This document shows, piece by piece, positions 27,798 through 37,970 of a stretch of 64,000 nt of DNA. The translations under genes and the position numbers were made by a program. The notes below the pieces were generated by a model. That model saw only the letters and a list, made by a program, of their open reading frames with translations, made no database searches and was not told the origin of the DNA. The stretch is taken from contig CANJWG010000001.1 in assembly GCA_947478365.1 (NCBI GenBank), positions 15,532 through 79,531 on the forward strand. The letters run 5' to 3'. The stretch is from Flavobacteriaceae bacterium. Its GTDB lineage: Bacteria; Bacteroidota; Bacteroidia; Flavobacteriales; Flavobacteriaceae. Numbering within the stretch: position 1 is the stretch's first letter; every line of letters starts with the position of its first letter.

Positions 27798-28811
27798 ATG
27801 AAAGGAGTATTATTAGTCAATTTGGGTTCGCCCGAAAGTCCAACGCCAGCAGCTGTAAAGCCATACTTAGATGAATTTTTAATGGATAAATACGTTATAG
27901 ATGTACCTTTTTTGTTGCGTGCATTGTTAGTTCGTGGTATTATTTTGCAAACGAGACCAAAAAAATCGGCAGAGGCTTATTCAAGAATATGGACTGATGA
28001 AGGCTCGCCACTGATTGTAATTTCGAAAAAAATGCACAAAAAAGTGGAAACTTTAGTAGATATTCCAGTTGCCTTAGCTATGCGTTATGGGACGATTACT
28101 ATTAAAAAAGGCTTACAAGAATTAAAAGATAAAGGTGTTGCTGAAGTGATGCTTTTGCCTCTATATCCGCAACATGCCATGGCTTCTACAACAACTATTT
28201 TAGTTTTGGCAGAAGAATTGCGCAAGGAATTTTTCCCTGAAATGAAATTTACAATTGTTCCTGCATTTTATAATAAACCTGATTATATCAAAGCATTATC
28301 AAATTCGATAAAAAAACATTTAGAAGGATTTGATTATGATCATTTATTGTTTTCTTATCATGGGATTCCTAAACGTCATATTCGCAAAACAGATGTGACC
28401 AAATCACATTGTAAAATGGACCGAACATGTTGTAAAACTCCATCACCGGCTCATGAGTTTTGCTACAGTCATCAGTGCTATGAAACCACTAAACAAGTAG
28501 TGAAACAATTAGGAATTCCAGAAGGGAAATACAGCCAAACCTTTCAATCACGATTGGCAGGTGACAAATGGTTAACACCTTATACTGATGTTGAAATTAA
28601 CAAAATGCCCGAGCAAGGAATCAAGAAACTGGCTGTGGTGACTCCGGCTTTTGTTTCTGATTGTTTAGAAACATTAGAAGAAATAGCCATGGAAGCCAAC
28701 GAACAGTTTTTGCATCATGGTGGAGAAGAGTTTATGGCGATTCCTTGCATGAATGATGAAGACGAATGGTGTGGTGTAGTTGCAAATTGGATAAAAGATT
28801 GGGATAAATAA
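27798..28811 (+). CDS. hemH: Ferrochelatase
   Basis: LLVNLGSP, AMRYG, PLYPQ, FSYHGIP, FQSR, FVSDCLETLEE. Confidence 0.97.
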   Translation: MKGVLLVNLGSPESPTPAAVKPYLDEFLMDKYVIDVPFLLRALLVRGIILQTRPKKSAEAYSRIWTDEGSPLIVISKKMHKKVETLVDIPVALAMRYGTITIKKGLQELKDKGVAEVMLLPLYPQHAMASTTTILVLAEELRKEFFPEMKFTIVPAFYNKPDYIKALSNSIKKHLEGFDYDHLLFSYHGIPKRHIRKTDVTKSHCKMDRTCCKTPSPAHEFCYSHQCYETTKQVVKQLGIPEGKYSQTFQSRLAGDKWLTPYTDVEINKMPEQGIKKLAVVTPAFVSDCLETLEEIAMEANEQFLHHGGEEFMAIPCMNDEDEWCGVVANWIKDWDK

Positions 28812-28819
28812 GTTTTAAA

Positions 28820-29368
28820 ATGGAATTATACAATTATATAAAATCACTACATCTCATCTTTGTCATAACTTGGTTTGCGGGTTTGTTTTACATTGTTCGC
28901 TTGTTTGTATACCAAATTGAAGCCAACGACAAACCTTCTCCAGAAAAAGAAATTCTGCAAAAACAATACAAAATAATGGCCTATCGCTTATGGTATATCA
29001 TTACGTGGCCAAGTGCTTTTTTAGCAGTTTTTTTTGCACTTTGGTTGATGATTATAATGCCTACTTGGATACAAATGCCCTGGATGCAGATCAAATTGGG
29101 ATTTGTAGTCTTACTAATTGCCTACCAAATAAAATGTCATTTAATTTATAAAGAATTACAAAATGATATTTTTAATTATTCATCCAACTTCATGCGGCTT
29201 TGGAATGAGGGCGCCACGATTATACTTTTTGCGGTTGTTTTTTTAGTAATTTTAAAAAGTACTTTCAACTGGATTTATGGCGTAATCGGAATTGTTTTGT
29301 TCTCAATTTTAATTATGCTAGGATTTAAATTTTACAAACGAATTCGCGAAAGAAAATCTAACCACTAA
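28820..29368 (+). CDS. hemJ: Protoporphyrinogen IX oxidase HemJ (CopD-like family)
   Basis: KSLHLIFVITWFAGLFYIVRLFVY, RLWNE; follows hemH. Confidence 0.9.
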   Translation: MELYNYIKSLHLIFVITWFAGLFYIVRLFVYQIEANDKPSPEKEILQKQYKIMAYRLWYIITWPSAFLAVFFALWLMIIMPTWIQMPWMQIKLGFVVLLIAYQIKCHLIYKELQNDIFNYSSNFMRLWNEGATIILFAVVFLVILKSTFNWIYGVIGIVLFSILIMLGFKFYKRIRERKSNH

Positions 29369-29440
29369 GTTCACTAAGAAAGCACGAAGAACACTATGAA
29401 ACTTTGTGCGCTTTGTGCCTTCATAGTTCTTTGTGGTAAA
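29360..29440. repeat. Inverted array of about 9-mer units (CACTAAG..CTTTGTG)
   Basis: accactaag ttcactaag aaagcacgaag aacactatg ... ctttgtgcg ctttgtgc cttcatagtt ctttgtggt. Confidence 0.75.
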
Positions 29441-29449
29441 AAATTTAAA

Positions 29450-30919
29450 ATGGTAAAAAACTTCAAAATGTCTATGCTATCACTTCGGATTAGGATTTTC
29501 CTATCGATGATTATATTGATATTAATGGCTTCCATTTTGATGGCTTCCATATCAATTATTCAATTTAGAAACGAAGCCAAAGATTACCATCAAAAACGCT
29601 TGGACCAAAAAGAATTTGCCATAAAAGAACATATCAATTATGTGCTTTCTAATACAACCTATCCGCTTACAGAGAAAAATCTTCCGCTTATTTTTAAAGA
29701 TAAAATACATGAATTGGCTGACATTCATAATCTAGAAATCAATATTTACGGATTGAACGGGAAGCTATTAAAATCATCCAAAGCTTCTTTTTCTGTTGAC
29801 AAAGTTGCGCCGCCAATTCCAAAATATGTGCTTAAACTAGTTCAATCATCGGTTGAAAAAAGATATGTTGATATTAAAAGTGTCAACGGTGTAAAGAACC
29901 GCTCTTCTTATAGTCAAATAAAAGATGACAAATTCAAGCCTCTCGGTATTTTGAATATTCCTTATGTTGAAGATGATAGTTTTTATGAAACGGAATTACA
30001 ACAATTTTTGTTGCGTTTAAGCCAAGTCTATTCTTTTATGTTAATTATTGCTTTTGCCTTAGCTTATTTCCTCGCGAGTTATATTACCAAATCCTTAAAG
30101 ACAATTTCAGATAAAATCAATGAAACAAGCTTGAACCAAAAAAACGAAAAAATCGTTATTGAAGCAAACAGCAGAGAAATTAATTCGTTGATAAACGCCT
30201 ATAATCAAATGGTGGATAAATTAGAAGATAGCGCCACGATGCTTGCCCAAAGCGAACGTGAACAGGCTTGGCGCGAAATGGCAAAACAAGTCGCACATGA
30301 AATCAAAAATCCGTTGACGCCAATGCGCTTGACGGTGCAAAGTTTCCAGCGAAAATTTGATGCTAGTGATCCTGATTTAAAACAAAAACTCAACGATTAT
30401 TCCAAAACATTAATTCAGCAAATTGATACGATGAGTGCAGTGGCTTCAGCATTTTCAAACTTTGCTTCGATGCCTGCGCAACAAAATGAAACGCTAAATG
30501 TGGTTCAGGTTGTTGAATTGGCATTGGATATTTTCAATGAAGATTTTATTGTCTTTAAAAGCAATAAAGAATATATCATTTCCAAAATCGACAGAACGCA
30601 ATTGATACGTATTATTACCAATTTGGTTAAAAATGCTATTCAATCCATTCCGGATGAACAGGAAGAAAAAAAAGTTTTGGTTTCGGTTAACGAAGTAGAA
30701 AACGATGTAATCATTACCGTTGAGGACAATGGAATTGGAATAGAATCGGATAATATTGAACACGTTTTTGAACCTAAATTTACCACCAAAACCAGCGGAA
30801 TGGGATTAGGTTTAGGAATTATAAAAAACATTATAGAAAATTACAAAGGAACTATTACATTTGAAACTGAACTTGGAAGAGGAACAACGTTTTTTGTTTC
30901 GCTACCTATTGTAAAATAA
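29450..30919 (+). CDS. Sensor histidine kinase (NtrY-like; HAMP, HisKA, HATPase)
   Basis: AWREMAKQVAHEIKNPLTP, NLVKNA, DNGIG, GMGLGL; upstream ATG 29396 lies inside a repeat. Confidence 0.92.
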   Translation: MVKNFKMSMLSLRIRIFLSMIILILMASILMASISIIQFRNEAKDYHQKRLDQKEFAIKEHINYVLSNTTYPLTEKNLPLIFKDKIHELADIHNLEINIYGLNGKLLKSSKASFSVDKVAPPIPKYVLKLVQSSVEKRYVDIKSVNGVKNRSSYSQIKDDKFKPLGILNIPYVEDDSFYETELQQFLLRLSQVYSFMLIIAFALAYFLASYITKSLKTISDKINETSLNQKNEKIVIEANSREINSLINAYNQMVDKLEDSATMLAQSEREQAWREMAKQVAHEIKNPLTPMRLTVQSFQRKFDASDPDLKQKLNDYSKTLIQQIDTMSAVASAFSNFASMPAQQNETLNVVQVVELALDIFNEDFIVFKSNKEYIISKIDRTQLIRIITNLVKNAIQSIPDEQEEKKVLVSVNEVENDVIITVEDNGIGIESDNIEHVFEPKFTTKTSGMGLGLGIIKNIIENYKGTITFETELGRGTTFFVSLPIVK

Positions 30920-30933
30920 TTTTAACTTATAAA

Positions 30934-31020
30934 TTTGCCACGAATACACGAATATTTTTGGATTACTATTTTTAGATTTAGTAGAAAAAATTATCCATTA
31001 TTAGTGAATTCGTAGCCAAA
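30934..31020. repeat. Inverted 8-mer array (CACGAAT..ATTCGT)
   Basis: TTTGCCACGAATACACGAAT...ATTAGTGAATTCGTAGCCAAA. Confidence 0.7.
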
Positions 31021-31029
31021 ACTCAAAAT

Positions 31030-31812
31030 ATGAACTTCGATAACATTATTGTAACTACGGGAAACGGCATTGGGCAAATCACCATCAATCGCCCATCAAA
31101 ATTAAACGCTCTTAATATGGCGACCATTCAAGAATTACACAATGCCTTTGAAAGCCTGGAAAATGATACAGCTGTTAGGGTTATTATCATCACAGGCGAA
31201 GGCGAAAAGGCTTTTGTTGCCGGAGCTGATATTTCAGAGTTTGCAAGTTTTACAGTAGAAGAAGGTGCGCAATTGGCAGCTCAAGGACAAGAATTACTTT
31301 TTAATTTTGTCGAAAATTTAAGAAAACCTGTCATCGCAGCCGTGAATGGTTTTGCCCTTGGTGGTGGATTGGAATTAGCGATGGCGTGTCATTTCAGAAT
31401 TGCCTCTGATAATGCAAAAATGGGATTGCCCGAAGTTTCTCTTGGCGTAATTCCGGGTTATGGCGGAACGCAACGTTTGCCACAACTTATTGGAAAAGGC
31501 CGCGCGATGGAAATGATAATGACTGCTGGAATGGTTTCAGCTGAAGAGGCTTCTCGTGCCGGTTTAGTGAATCATGTTGTTCCACAATCAGAACTTTTAG
31601 ATTTTACAAGAGGCATTGCTGCTAAAATTATGCGCAACTCACCTTTTGCTATTGGTAGAGCCATAAAATGTGTCAATGCCAACTTCAAAGACGGTGTAAA
31701 TGGTTTTGAAACCGAAATCAGAAACTTTGGGAAATGTTTTGGAACTGAAGATTTTAAAGAAGGAACCTCAGCCTTTTTGGAAAAAAGGAAAGCTGAGTTT
31801 TCAGGAAATTAG
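31030..31812 (+). CDS. Enoyl-CoA hydratase/isomerase (crotonase)
   Basis: AFVAGADI, AVNGFALGGGLELA, GLPEVSLG.IPG.GGTQRL. Confidence 0.95.
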   Translation: MNFDNIIVTTGNGIGQITINRPSKLNALNMATIQELHNAFESLENDTAVRVIIITGEGEKAFVAGADISEFASFTVEEGAQLAAQGQELLFNFVENLRKPVIAAVNGFALGGGLELAMACHFRIASDNAKMGLPEVSLGVIPGYGGTQRLPQLIGKGRAMEMIMTAGMVSAEEASRAGLVNHVVPQSELLDFTRGIAAKIMRNSPFAIGRAIKCVNANFKDGVNGFETEIRNFGKCFGTEDFKEGTSAFLEKRKAEFSGN

Positions 31813-31880
31813 TTAGTCCTCATTAGCAGACTTCGGTCGCAGAAGTATAGTTGTAAACTGTGACTGCAAACTGAACACTA
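31810..31880. repeat. Inverted CAGT/ACTG array between convergent genes
   Basis: TAGTTAGTCCTCATTAGCAGACTTCGGTCGCAG..AAACTGTGACTGCAAACTGAACACTA. Confidence 0.75.
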
Positions 31881-32522
31881 TTTCGCTCCTTCCCATTCGG
31901 CATAAAACTGCGAAAGGAAATTCTCCATGTATTGGTGTCTTGATTCGGCTATTTTTTTGCCTGATAGCGTATTCATTTTGTCTTTTAGCAACAATAACTT
32001 TTCGTAGAAGAGATTCATTGTTGGCGATTCAGAAGTTTTGTATTCTTCTTTACTCATGTTAAGGTTTGGGGTAATTTCAGGATTATATAATGCTCTATTT
32101 TTAAAGCCCCCATAATTAAAACATCTTGCAATTCCGATAGCGCCAATGGCATCTAATCTGTCTGCATCCTGAACAATTTCAAGTTCTTTGGAATGGAAGC
32201 TTTTTTTAAAGTTTCCTCCTTTAAACGAAATGTTTTCAATAATATTAATTACGTGCTGAATGGTTCGTTCATCAATCTTTTCTGATTCTAAAAAATTGCG
32301 CGCTGTTTTTGGTCCAACAGATTCGTCTCCATCGTGAAATTTACTGTCGGCAATATCATGAAGTAGTGCACCTAGTTTTACAACCATTATATCACAATCT
32401 TCTTCTTTAGCGATTAAAAGTGAATTTTTGTAAACGCGTTCAATGTGAAACCAATCGTGTCCGCCTTCGGCGTTTTCAAGTTTTTCTTTTACAAAAAGAA
32501 TGGTCTTATCAATTATTGACAT
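31878..32522 (-). CDS. HD-domain phosphohydrolase
   Basis: HDWFHIERV, ALLHD, VQDADRLDA. Confidence 0.92.
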   Translation of the reverse strand: MSIIDKTILFVKEKLENAEGGHDWFHIERVYKNSLLIAKEEDCDIMVVKLGALLHDIADSKFHDGDESVGPKTARNFLESEKIDERTIQHVINIIENISFKGGNFKKSFHSKELEIVQDADRLDAIGAIGIARCFNYGGFKNRALYNPEITPNLNMSKEEYKTSESPTMNLFYEKLLLLKDKMNTLSGKKIAESRHQYMENFLSQFYAEWEGAK

Positions 32523-32525
32523 TGG

Positions 32526-33515
32526 TTATCCAATCACAGCTGGTTCAACCCATTTGAAAATTGTAGATTCAGCAGGAATCACTAATCTTTCAGAAACTTT
32601 TGCCATTCTGGCTGGTAATTTCATTAGATAATCTCTTGCTTTTTCGGCTTCATCTGTTAAGCCCGAAAGCTTATCAATTTCCCATTTCTCGATTAGTTTT
32701 TGCATAATATCTACATAATCCGAAGCGGTGTAGACTCCAATCCGTTGGGCAGAGTCTGAAAAATTTAAAAAGGCGGAGCTTATTTTTTCGCCAGATTCTC
32801 TTAAGAATTGAGCCGGCATAACAATTTTTTGCTTCATCATATAGTTGAACGCTAATAGCATTTCGCTTGGGTCAACTTTAAAAATTTGGGTTACAAATTC
32901 GCTATAAGCATGATGATGACGCATTTCGTCACCAGCTATCATTTTACACATTTTTGATAATTTTTTATCGCCGTATTGCTTAGCCAATTGCGCCACGCGG
33001 TTATGTGAAATATAAGTCGCTAATTCCTGAAAACTCGTATATACAAAATTTTTGTATGGATCACGTCCTGTGCCTATATCAAATCCGTCTGCAATTAAAT
33101 GATGCGTTGTAATTTCAACTTCACGCATATTTACGCGCCCAGATAAATACAAGTATTTATTTAACAAATCCCCATGACGATTTTCTTCTCCAGTCCACTG
33201 ACGCACCCATTTACTCCAAGGGTTATTTTCAACTTGTCCAACGCCATCAACATCCATCAACCATGATTCGTAGGTTGGCAAAGCTTCTTCGGTAATGGTA
33301 TCGCCAACAAGCGTAACCCAAAAATCGTATGGCAAATCTTTAGCAATTTCACGCAATTCTTTCAGTTCTTCAAAGAAATTTTCATCTTCCGAATTGGGTA
33401 AAAAATCTGATGGTTGCCAAATTTTCTCGACAGGTATCAAATATTCCTCCATGAAACCTTCTACTTTATTTTCCAGAAATTGCATAACTTCTAGACGGAT
33501 ATTTTTTATTGACAT
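32526..33515 (-). CDS. Soluble diiron acyl-ACP desaturase
   Basis: WQPSDFLP, ITEEALPTY, WTGEENRHG, FQELAT..SH, DEMRH. Confidence 0.93.
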   Translation of the reverse strand: MSIKNIRLEVMQFLENKVEGFMEEYLIPVEKIWQPSDFLPNSEDENFFEELKELREIAKDLPYDFWVTLVGDTITEEALPTYESWLMDVDGVGQVENNPWSKWVRQWTGEENRHGDLLNKYLYLSGRVNMREVEITTHHLIADGFDIGTGRDPYKNFVYTSFQELATYISHNRVAQLAKQYGDKKLSKMCKMIAGDEMRHHHAYSEFVTQIFKVDPSEMLLAFNYMMKQKIVMPAQFLRESGEKISSAFLNFSDSAQRIGVYTASDYVDIMQKLIEKWEIDKLSGLTDEAEKARDYLMKLPARMAKVSERLVIPAESTIFKWVEPAVIG

Positions 33516-33518
33516 TGT

Positions 33519-34253
33519 TTAAATTTTAATAGATTGGATAACTGCTTTTTCTGTTTTCTCCATCAATTCTTCAAAAGTAAAGTCTTTTACAGCAATAGCT
33601 TCGTGAATAATAAATTGCAAATGATTGCCTAAACCCATTGGAAAAGCACCAAATTTAACTATTTCCCACGAATTATTAATAGTAATTGGTACAACATAAG
33701 CCGAAGGCGCATATTTACATAGGATTTTTAAGCCGTTTTGGGCAAATTCTTTTGGCTTTCCATCCTTACTTCTTGTCCCTTCCGGAAAAATAACAGCTGA
33801 ACGTTTATGCTTTTCAATATATTCTGACAGTTCTTTTATCAACGGAATGGCTTGTTTTGGATCTTTTCTATCTATTAGGATTGAGCCTCCATTCCTAAGA
33901 TTATATGAAACACTTGGAATGCCTTTTCCTAATTCTTTTTTACTGACAAATTTAGCATGAAAACGTCGCAAATACCAAATAATTCCAACAATATCATATA
34001 GACTTTGATGGTTAGAAACAAAAATTATTGGGACATCTTTTGGTATAGTATCTCTATTTTCAAAGGAATATCTTGTCCCTAAAATGTTTGTACATCTTAT
34101 TAAAAAAAAATTTAAATAATCAACACTTTTTTTATGGGCCTGATAGCCAAAAACATTGAAGCATATCCATTGAATAGGATGAAAAACAACTAAACACAAT
34201 CCAAAACAAAGATAGTATACAACAGAAATTGGATATGAAATAAGCTTTTCCAT
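33519..34253 (-). CDS. Lysophospholipid acyltransferase (PlsC family)
   Basis: NHQSLYD and FPEGTRS motifs; -7 TATTTTTG at 34271-34278 (minus strand). Confidence 0.92.
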   Translation of the reverse strand: MEKLISYPISVVYYLCFGLCLVVFHPIQWICFNVFGYQAHKKSVDYLNFFLIRCTNILGTRYSFENRDTIPKDVPIIFVSNHQSLYDIVGIIWYLRRFHAKFVSKKELGKGIPSVSYNLRNGGSILIDRKDPKQAIPLIKELSEYIEKHKRSAVIFPEGTRSKDGKPKEFAQNGLKILCKYAPSAYVVPITINNSWEIVKFGAFPMGLGNHLQFIIHEAIAVKDFTFEELMEKTEKAVIQSIKI

Positions 34254-34490
34254 TAGTTAAAAATAAAGCACAAAAATAAGTAAAAATCAAAGGATGCAGT
34301 ATAAAAAAAGGTAAATAACATTTTAAAAAATATACACTTTTTGTACACCTTTTTTAATTTAAAGGCCGATACCTTTATAGAAATGATAATTTATGTCAAA
34401 AGAGTTGAAGTAATTTGTTCAAAACTCCTCTGATTTGTATCCTATAACATGAAAAAAAGCATTATTTTTATGCCACAAAATTTATAAAAA

Positions 34491-35495
34491 ATGAGTTCAG
34501 AAAAAGAAGCCAAATTAAAAGCATTACAACTAACACTTGATAAATTAGATAAAGCTTACGGAAAAGGTACCGTAATGAAAATGGGTGACAAAGCCGTTGA
34601 AGAAGTAGAAACTATTCCTTCTGGCTCCCTTGGATTAGATTTAGCTTTGGGAGTAAATGGGTATCCTAGAGGAAGAGTTATCGAAATATATGGCCCGGAA
34701 TCCTCAGGGAAAACAACCTTAACATTACACGCTATTGCAGAAGCTCAAAAAGCTGGAGGTATTGCTGCCTTTATTGATGCTGAACATGCTTTCGATAGAA
34801 ATTATGCTGAAAAATTAGGAGTAGATATTGAAAATTTAATTATTTCTCAACCGGATAATGGAGAACAAGCATTGGAAATTGCGGAAAACTTAATTCGTTC
34901 CGGTGCTATTGACATTGTTGTTATCGACTCTGTTGCAGCATTAACACCTAAAAGCGAAATTGAAGGTGAAATGGGAGATTCTAAAATGGGATTGCATGCT
35001 CGTTTGATGTCTCAAGCATTGAGAAAGTTAACTGGAACTATTAGTAAAACAAATTGTACCGTATTTTTCATAAATCAGTTGAGAGAAAAAATCGGAGTTA
35101 TGTTTGGAAATCCTGAAACGACTACTGGTGGAAATGCATTAAAATTCTATGCTTCGGTTCGTTTAGACATTCGTCGTTCTTCTCAAATTAAAGATGGTGA
35201 AAATGTAATTGGAAACAGAACCAAAGTTAAAGTTGTAAAAAACAAAGTAGCGCCTCCTTTTAAAACTGCGGAGTTCGATATTATGTATGGAGAAGGGGTT
35301 TCAAAAACGGGCGAAATTCTTGATTTAGCCGTTGAATTTGAAATCATCAAAAAAGCAGGTTCTTGGTTTAGCTATGGTGACACAAAACTTGGGCAAGGAA
35401 GAGATGCAGTTAAAGTCTTGATAAAAGATAATCCAGAATTAGCCGATGAATTAGAACAAAAAATAAAAGATCATATTAAAGAAAGTAATTCTTAA
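34491..35495 (+). CDS. recA: Recombinase RecA
   Basis: [28 protein letters not shown]. Confidence 0.99.
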   Translation: MSSEKEAKLKALQLTLDKLDKAYGKGTVMKMGDKAVEEVETIPSGSLGLDLALGVNGYPRGRVIEIYGPESSGKTTLTLHAIAEAQKAGGIAAFIDAEHAFDRNYAEKLGVDIENLIISQPDNGEQALEIAENLIRSGAIDIVVIDSVAALTPKSEIEGEMGDSKMGLHARLMSQALRKLTGTISKTNCTVFFINQLREKIGVMFGNPETTTGGNALKFYASVRLDIRRSSQIKDGENVIGNRTKVKVVKNKVAPPFKTAEFDIMYGEGVSKTGEILDLAVEFEIIKKAGSWFSYGDTKLGQGRDAVKVLIKDNPELADELEQKIKDHIKESNS

Positions 35496-35503
35496 CAAAC
35501 TAT

Positions 35504-35539
35504 AACATCCCATTAAAATTTTAACGGGATGTTTTTTTT
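35504..35539 (+). terminator. Intrinsic terminator after recA
   Basis: AACATCCC..GGGATGTT stem plus T-run. Confidence 0.8.
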
Positions 35540-35592
35540 GTAACTTAACGCAACTCTATTTGTGAAAAAGTATACTAACAAAATATTATATC

Positions 35593-36009
35593 ATGAGTAA
35601 AAAAATAACCTCCTTTTTAGCCCTGTTTTTTATATTAAATTCTTGTTCTCCAGGTGACGATACCCAATACTCGTTTAAATTAATGCCTATAGAAAGTGTA
35701 GATATTCCTAGTGAATTTACTTTAGGGGAGACCTACCCAATAACTGTTCACTATACAATACCTTCAAGTTGTTATTACTTTAGCTCATTTTATTATAATA
35801 AAGATTTAAACATAAGAACTATAGCTATTGAGAATGTTATAGCTGAAAGAAATAATTGTCAGGATTTGAGTGCGGCAGATGGCGCTAGTGCCTATACTTT
35901 TAATTTTTATGTAACCAGTAATGGTTCTTATGTTTTTAAATTTTATCAAGGAAAAGATGATCAAGGAAATAATATTTTTCTGGAATATGAAGTGCCTGTT
36001 ACGAATTAA
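35593..36009 (+). CDS. Hypothetical lipoprotein
   Basis: Lipobox LNSC; beta-rich sequence with a Cys pair. Confidence 0.8.
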   Translation: MSKKITSFLALFFILNSCSPGDDTQYSFKLMPIESVDIPSEFTLGETYPITVHYTIPSSCYYFSSFYYNKDLNIRTIAIENVIAERNNCQDLSAADGASAYTFNFYVTSNGSYVFKFYQGKDDQGNNIFLEYEVPVTN

Positions 36010-36031
36010 ATAACAATCAATTTTTTGAAAA

Positions 36032-36133
36032 TTGAATCTGAATCAACGCATAAATGATTCCAAAAACAATGATAGAAAAGCACAAGAACAGTTATACAAA
36101 TTGTAATCGCTAAAACTGTTTGTGGCTTGCTTA
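36032..36133 (+). pseudogene. Remnant of an ECF RNA polymerase sigma factor N-terminus
   Basis: Hand translation MNLNQRINDSKNNDRKAQEQLYKL*SLKLFVACL; resembles Bacteroidota ECF starts; premature TAA at 36104-36106, remainder absent. Confidence 0.65.
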
Positions 36134-36176
36134 CTAGTAATATCGGGAAAGAATTGCTAAATCCGGGACTCTTTTT

Positions 36177-36917
36177 TTATGGATTAAATTCTTGAAGTTG
36201 TTTTAAAATTACCTGGCGGACATTCGCCTTTATTGTTTTTTTATATTCAGAAGTTTGGTTTTTGGTGTCAAAGAAATGATGAATTTTTACACGCATTAAA
36301 CCAGGACTTCCGCTGAAAAAAGTATAAGAAAAGTGCTTTTTGTTATCGGCAAAAGTAAGCGGAACAATAGGAATGTGGTGGTCAATCGCTAATCGAAAAG
36401 CGCCGTCTTTAAATTCATCCAATACAATTGATTCATCATAAGGAACACCACCTTCCGGAAAAATGCATATACTCAATCCTTGATTTAATCTATTTTGAGC
36501 TCTTTCAAAAACAGCCATCCTGCTTTTTGAACTACTTCTATCTACCAAAATACAAGTCCTTTTATAGAAAAATCCGAATAGTGGAATCTTAGCCAATTCT
36601 TTTTTGCCTACAAAAACAAAAGGGTTTTTCACTACTGAAAGCATCAACATAATATCAGTCATCGAGGTATGATTGGCAACAAACATATAACTTTTGCCTT
36701 CTATAATTTCTTCTTCTTTTTCCAATTGAACTTTGAAACCCATTCCAAATAATATAATTTTTGCCCAAATTCTAGCCATTACAAAAAAATAAGGATACCA
36801 TTTCTCTGAAAGAATAGAGATAAAAAGAAAGGGGAACATAACAATTATAGGAATCGCCATTAAAACGTAGAACCAAACGCGATAAAGTGTCCAAAAAACA
36901 ATTTTCAATGCTCTCAT
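36177..36917 (-). CDS. Lysophospholipid acyltransferase (PlsC family)
   Basis: NHTSMTD, FPEGG, FKDGAF; -7 TACATTTG at 36923-36930 supports ATG 36917. Confidence 0.92.
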   Translation of the reverse strand: MRALKIVFWTLYRVWFYVLMAIPIIVMFPFLFISILSEKWYPYFFVMARIWAKIILFGMGFKVQLEKEEEIIEGKSYMFVANHTSMTDIMLMLSVVKNPFVFVGKKELAKIPLFGFFYKRTCILVDRSSSKSRMAVFERAQNRLNQGLSICIFPEGGVPYDESIVLDEFKDGAFRLAIDHHIPIVPLTFADNKKHFSYTFFSGSPGLMRVKIHHFFDTKNQTSEYKKTIKANVRQVILKQLQEFNP

Positions 36918-36990
36918 GTTGTCAAATGTAATGAAAGGTATGCAATTTTTAATACAAAGGTTTAACTTTGCCATTAGAAAAAATTTGGAA

Positions 36991-37968
36991 ATGTCAAAAA
37001 TACTAACTGGAATTCAAAGTACAGGAACGCCTCATTTAGGAAACTTATTAGGTGCTATTTTGCCTGCTATTGAATTATCTCAAAACCCTAAGAACGAATC
37101 GTTTCTTTTTATTGCCGATTTGCATTCAATTACCCAAATAAAAAGCGGAGACGAACTTCGTCAAAATACCTATAGCACCGCTTCCGTTTGGTTAGCTTGT
37201 GGTTTAGACGTCAATAAAGTAATTTTTTATCGTCAGAGCGATGTGGTTCAAACAGCTGAATTGTCTTGGTATTTGAGTTGTTTTTTCCCTTTTCAACGTT
37301 TGACTCTAGCGCATTCTTTTAAAGATAAAGCCGATAGATTAGAAGACGTAAATGCGGGTTTGTTTTCATATCCTATGCTGATGGCTGCCGACATTTTACT
37401 TTATGACGCAGAATTTGTTCCAGTGGGAAAAGACCAATTGCAACATATTGAAATCACGAGAGATGTAGCGGCAAGATTCAATCATCAAATGGGTGAAACT
37501 TTTGTATTGCCCGAATCTAAAGTCGAAAAAGATACCATGTACGTACCCGGTACTGACGGCCATAAAATGAGCAAGTCTCGTGGGAATATCATCAATATAT
37601 TCCTAGACGACAAAGCGCTGCGCAAACAAATCATGAGCATAGAAACCGATAGCACTCCACTAGAAGATCCAAAAGATACTGAAACCTGTAAAATATTTGG
37701 CATCTATAAATTATTAGCAAATGGGGAGCAAATTGCCGACATGAAAACCAAATATGCTAATCCAAATAGAGATTTTGGTTATGGTCATGCCAAACAGGAA
37801 TTGTTTGAGTTAATTGTTGCCAACTTCAAAAACGAAAGAGAAAAATACAATTACTACATGAACAATTGGCCGGAAGTTGATGCTTTGCTAAAACAAGGAG
37901 CCACAAAAGCAGGAGCAATTGCTGATGCTGTTTTGAAAAGAGTAAGAGTGAAATTAGGATTTGAATAA
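36991..37968 (+). CDS. trpS: Tryptophan--tRNA ligase
   Basis: HLGN, YPMLMAADILLY, KMSKS; -7 TAACTTTG at 36963-36970. Confidence 0.98.
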   Translation: MSKILTGIQSTGTPHLGNLLGAILPAIELSQNPKNESFLFIADLHSITQIKSGDELRQNTYSTASVWLACGLDVNKVIFYRQSDVVQTAELSWYLSCFFPFQRLTLAHSFKDKADRLEDVNAGLFSYPMLMAADILLYDAEFVPVGKDQLQHIEITRDVAARFNHQMGETFVLPESKVEKDTMYVPGTDGHKMSKSRGNIINIFLDDKALRKQIMSIETDSTPLEDPKDTETCKIFGIYKLLANGEQIADMKTKYANPNRDFGYGHAKQELFELIVANFKNEREKYNYYMNNWPEVDALLKQGATKAGAIADAVLKRVRVKLGFE

Positions 37969-37970
37969 AC

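Noticed and set aside
20544-29368. Absence of hemL and hemN from the heme cluster
   Set aside because: These genes are commonly encoded elsewhere; absence from one window is uninformative.
29396-29449. Cys-rich N-terminal extension of the histidine kinase
   Set aside because: Translation of a repeat array; ATG 29450 or 29468 is more plausible.
32526-33515. Plant-type soluble acyl-ACP desaturase as a horizontal transfer
   Set aside because: To my knowledge this family and the plsC-desaturase-HD cluster are common in Flavobacteria.
34102-34110. A9 homopolymer in the acyltransferase gene (also near 62543) as a phase-variation tract
   Set aside because: Expected in AT-rich DNA; ORFs are intact and the tracts are short.
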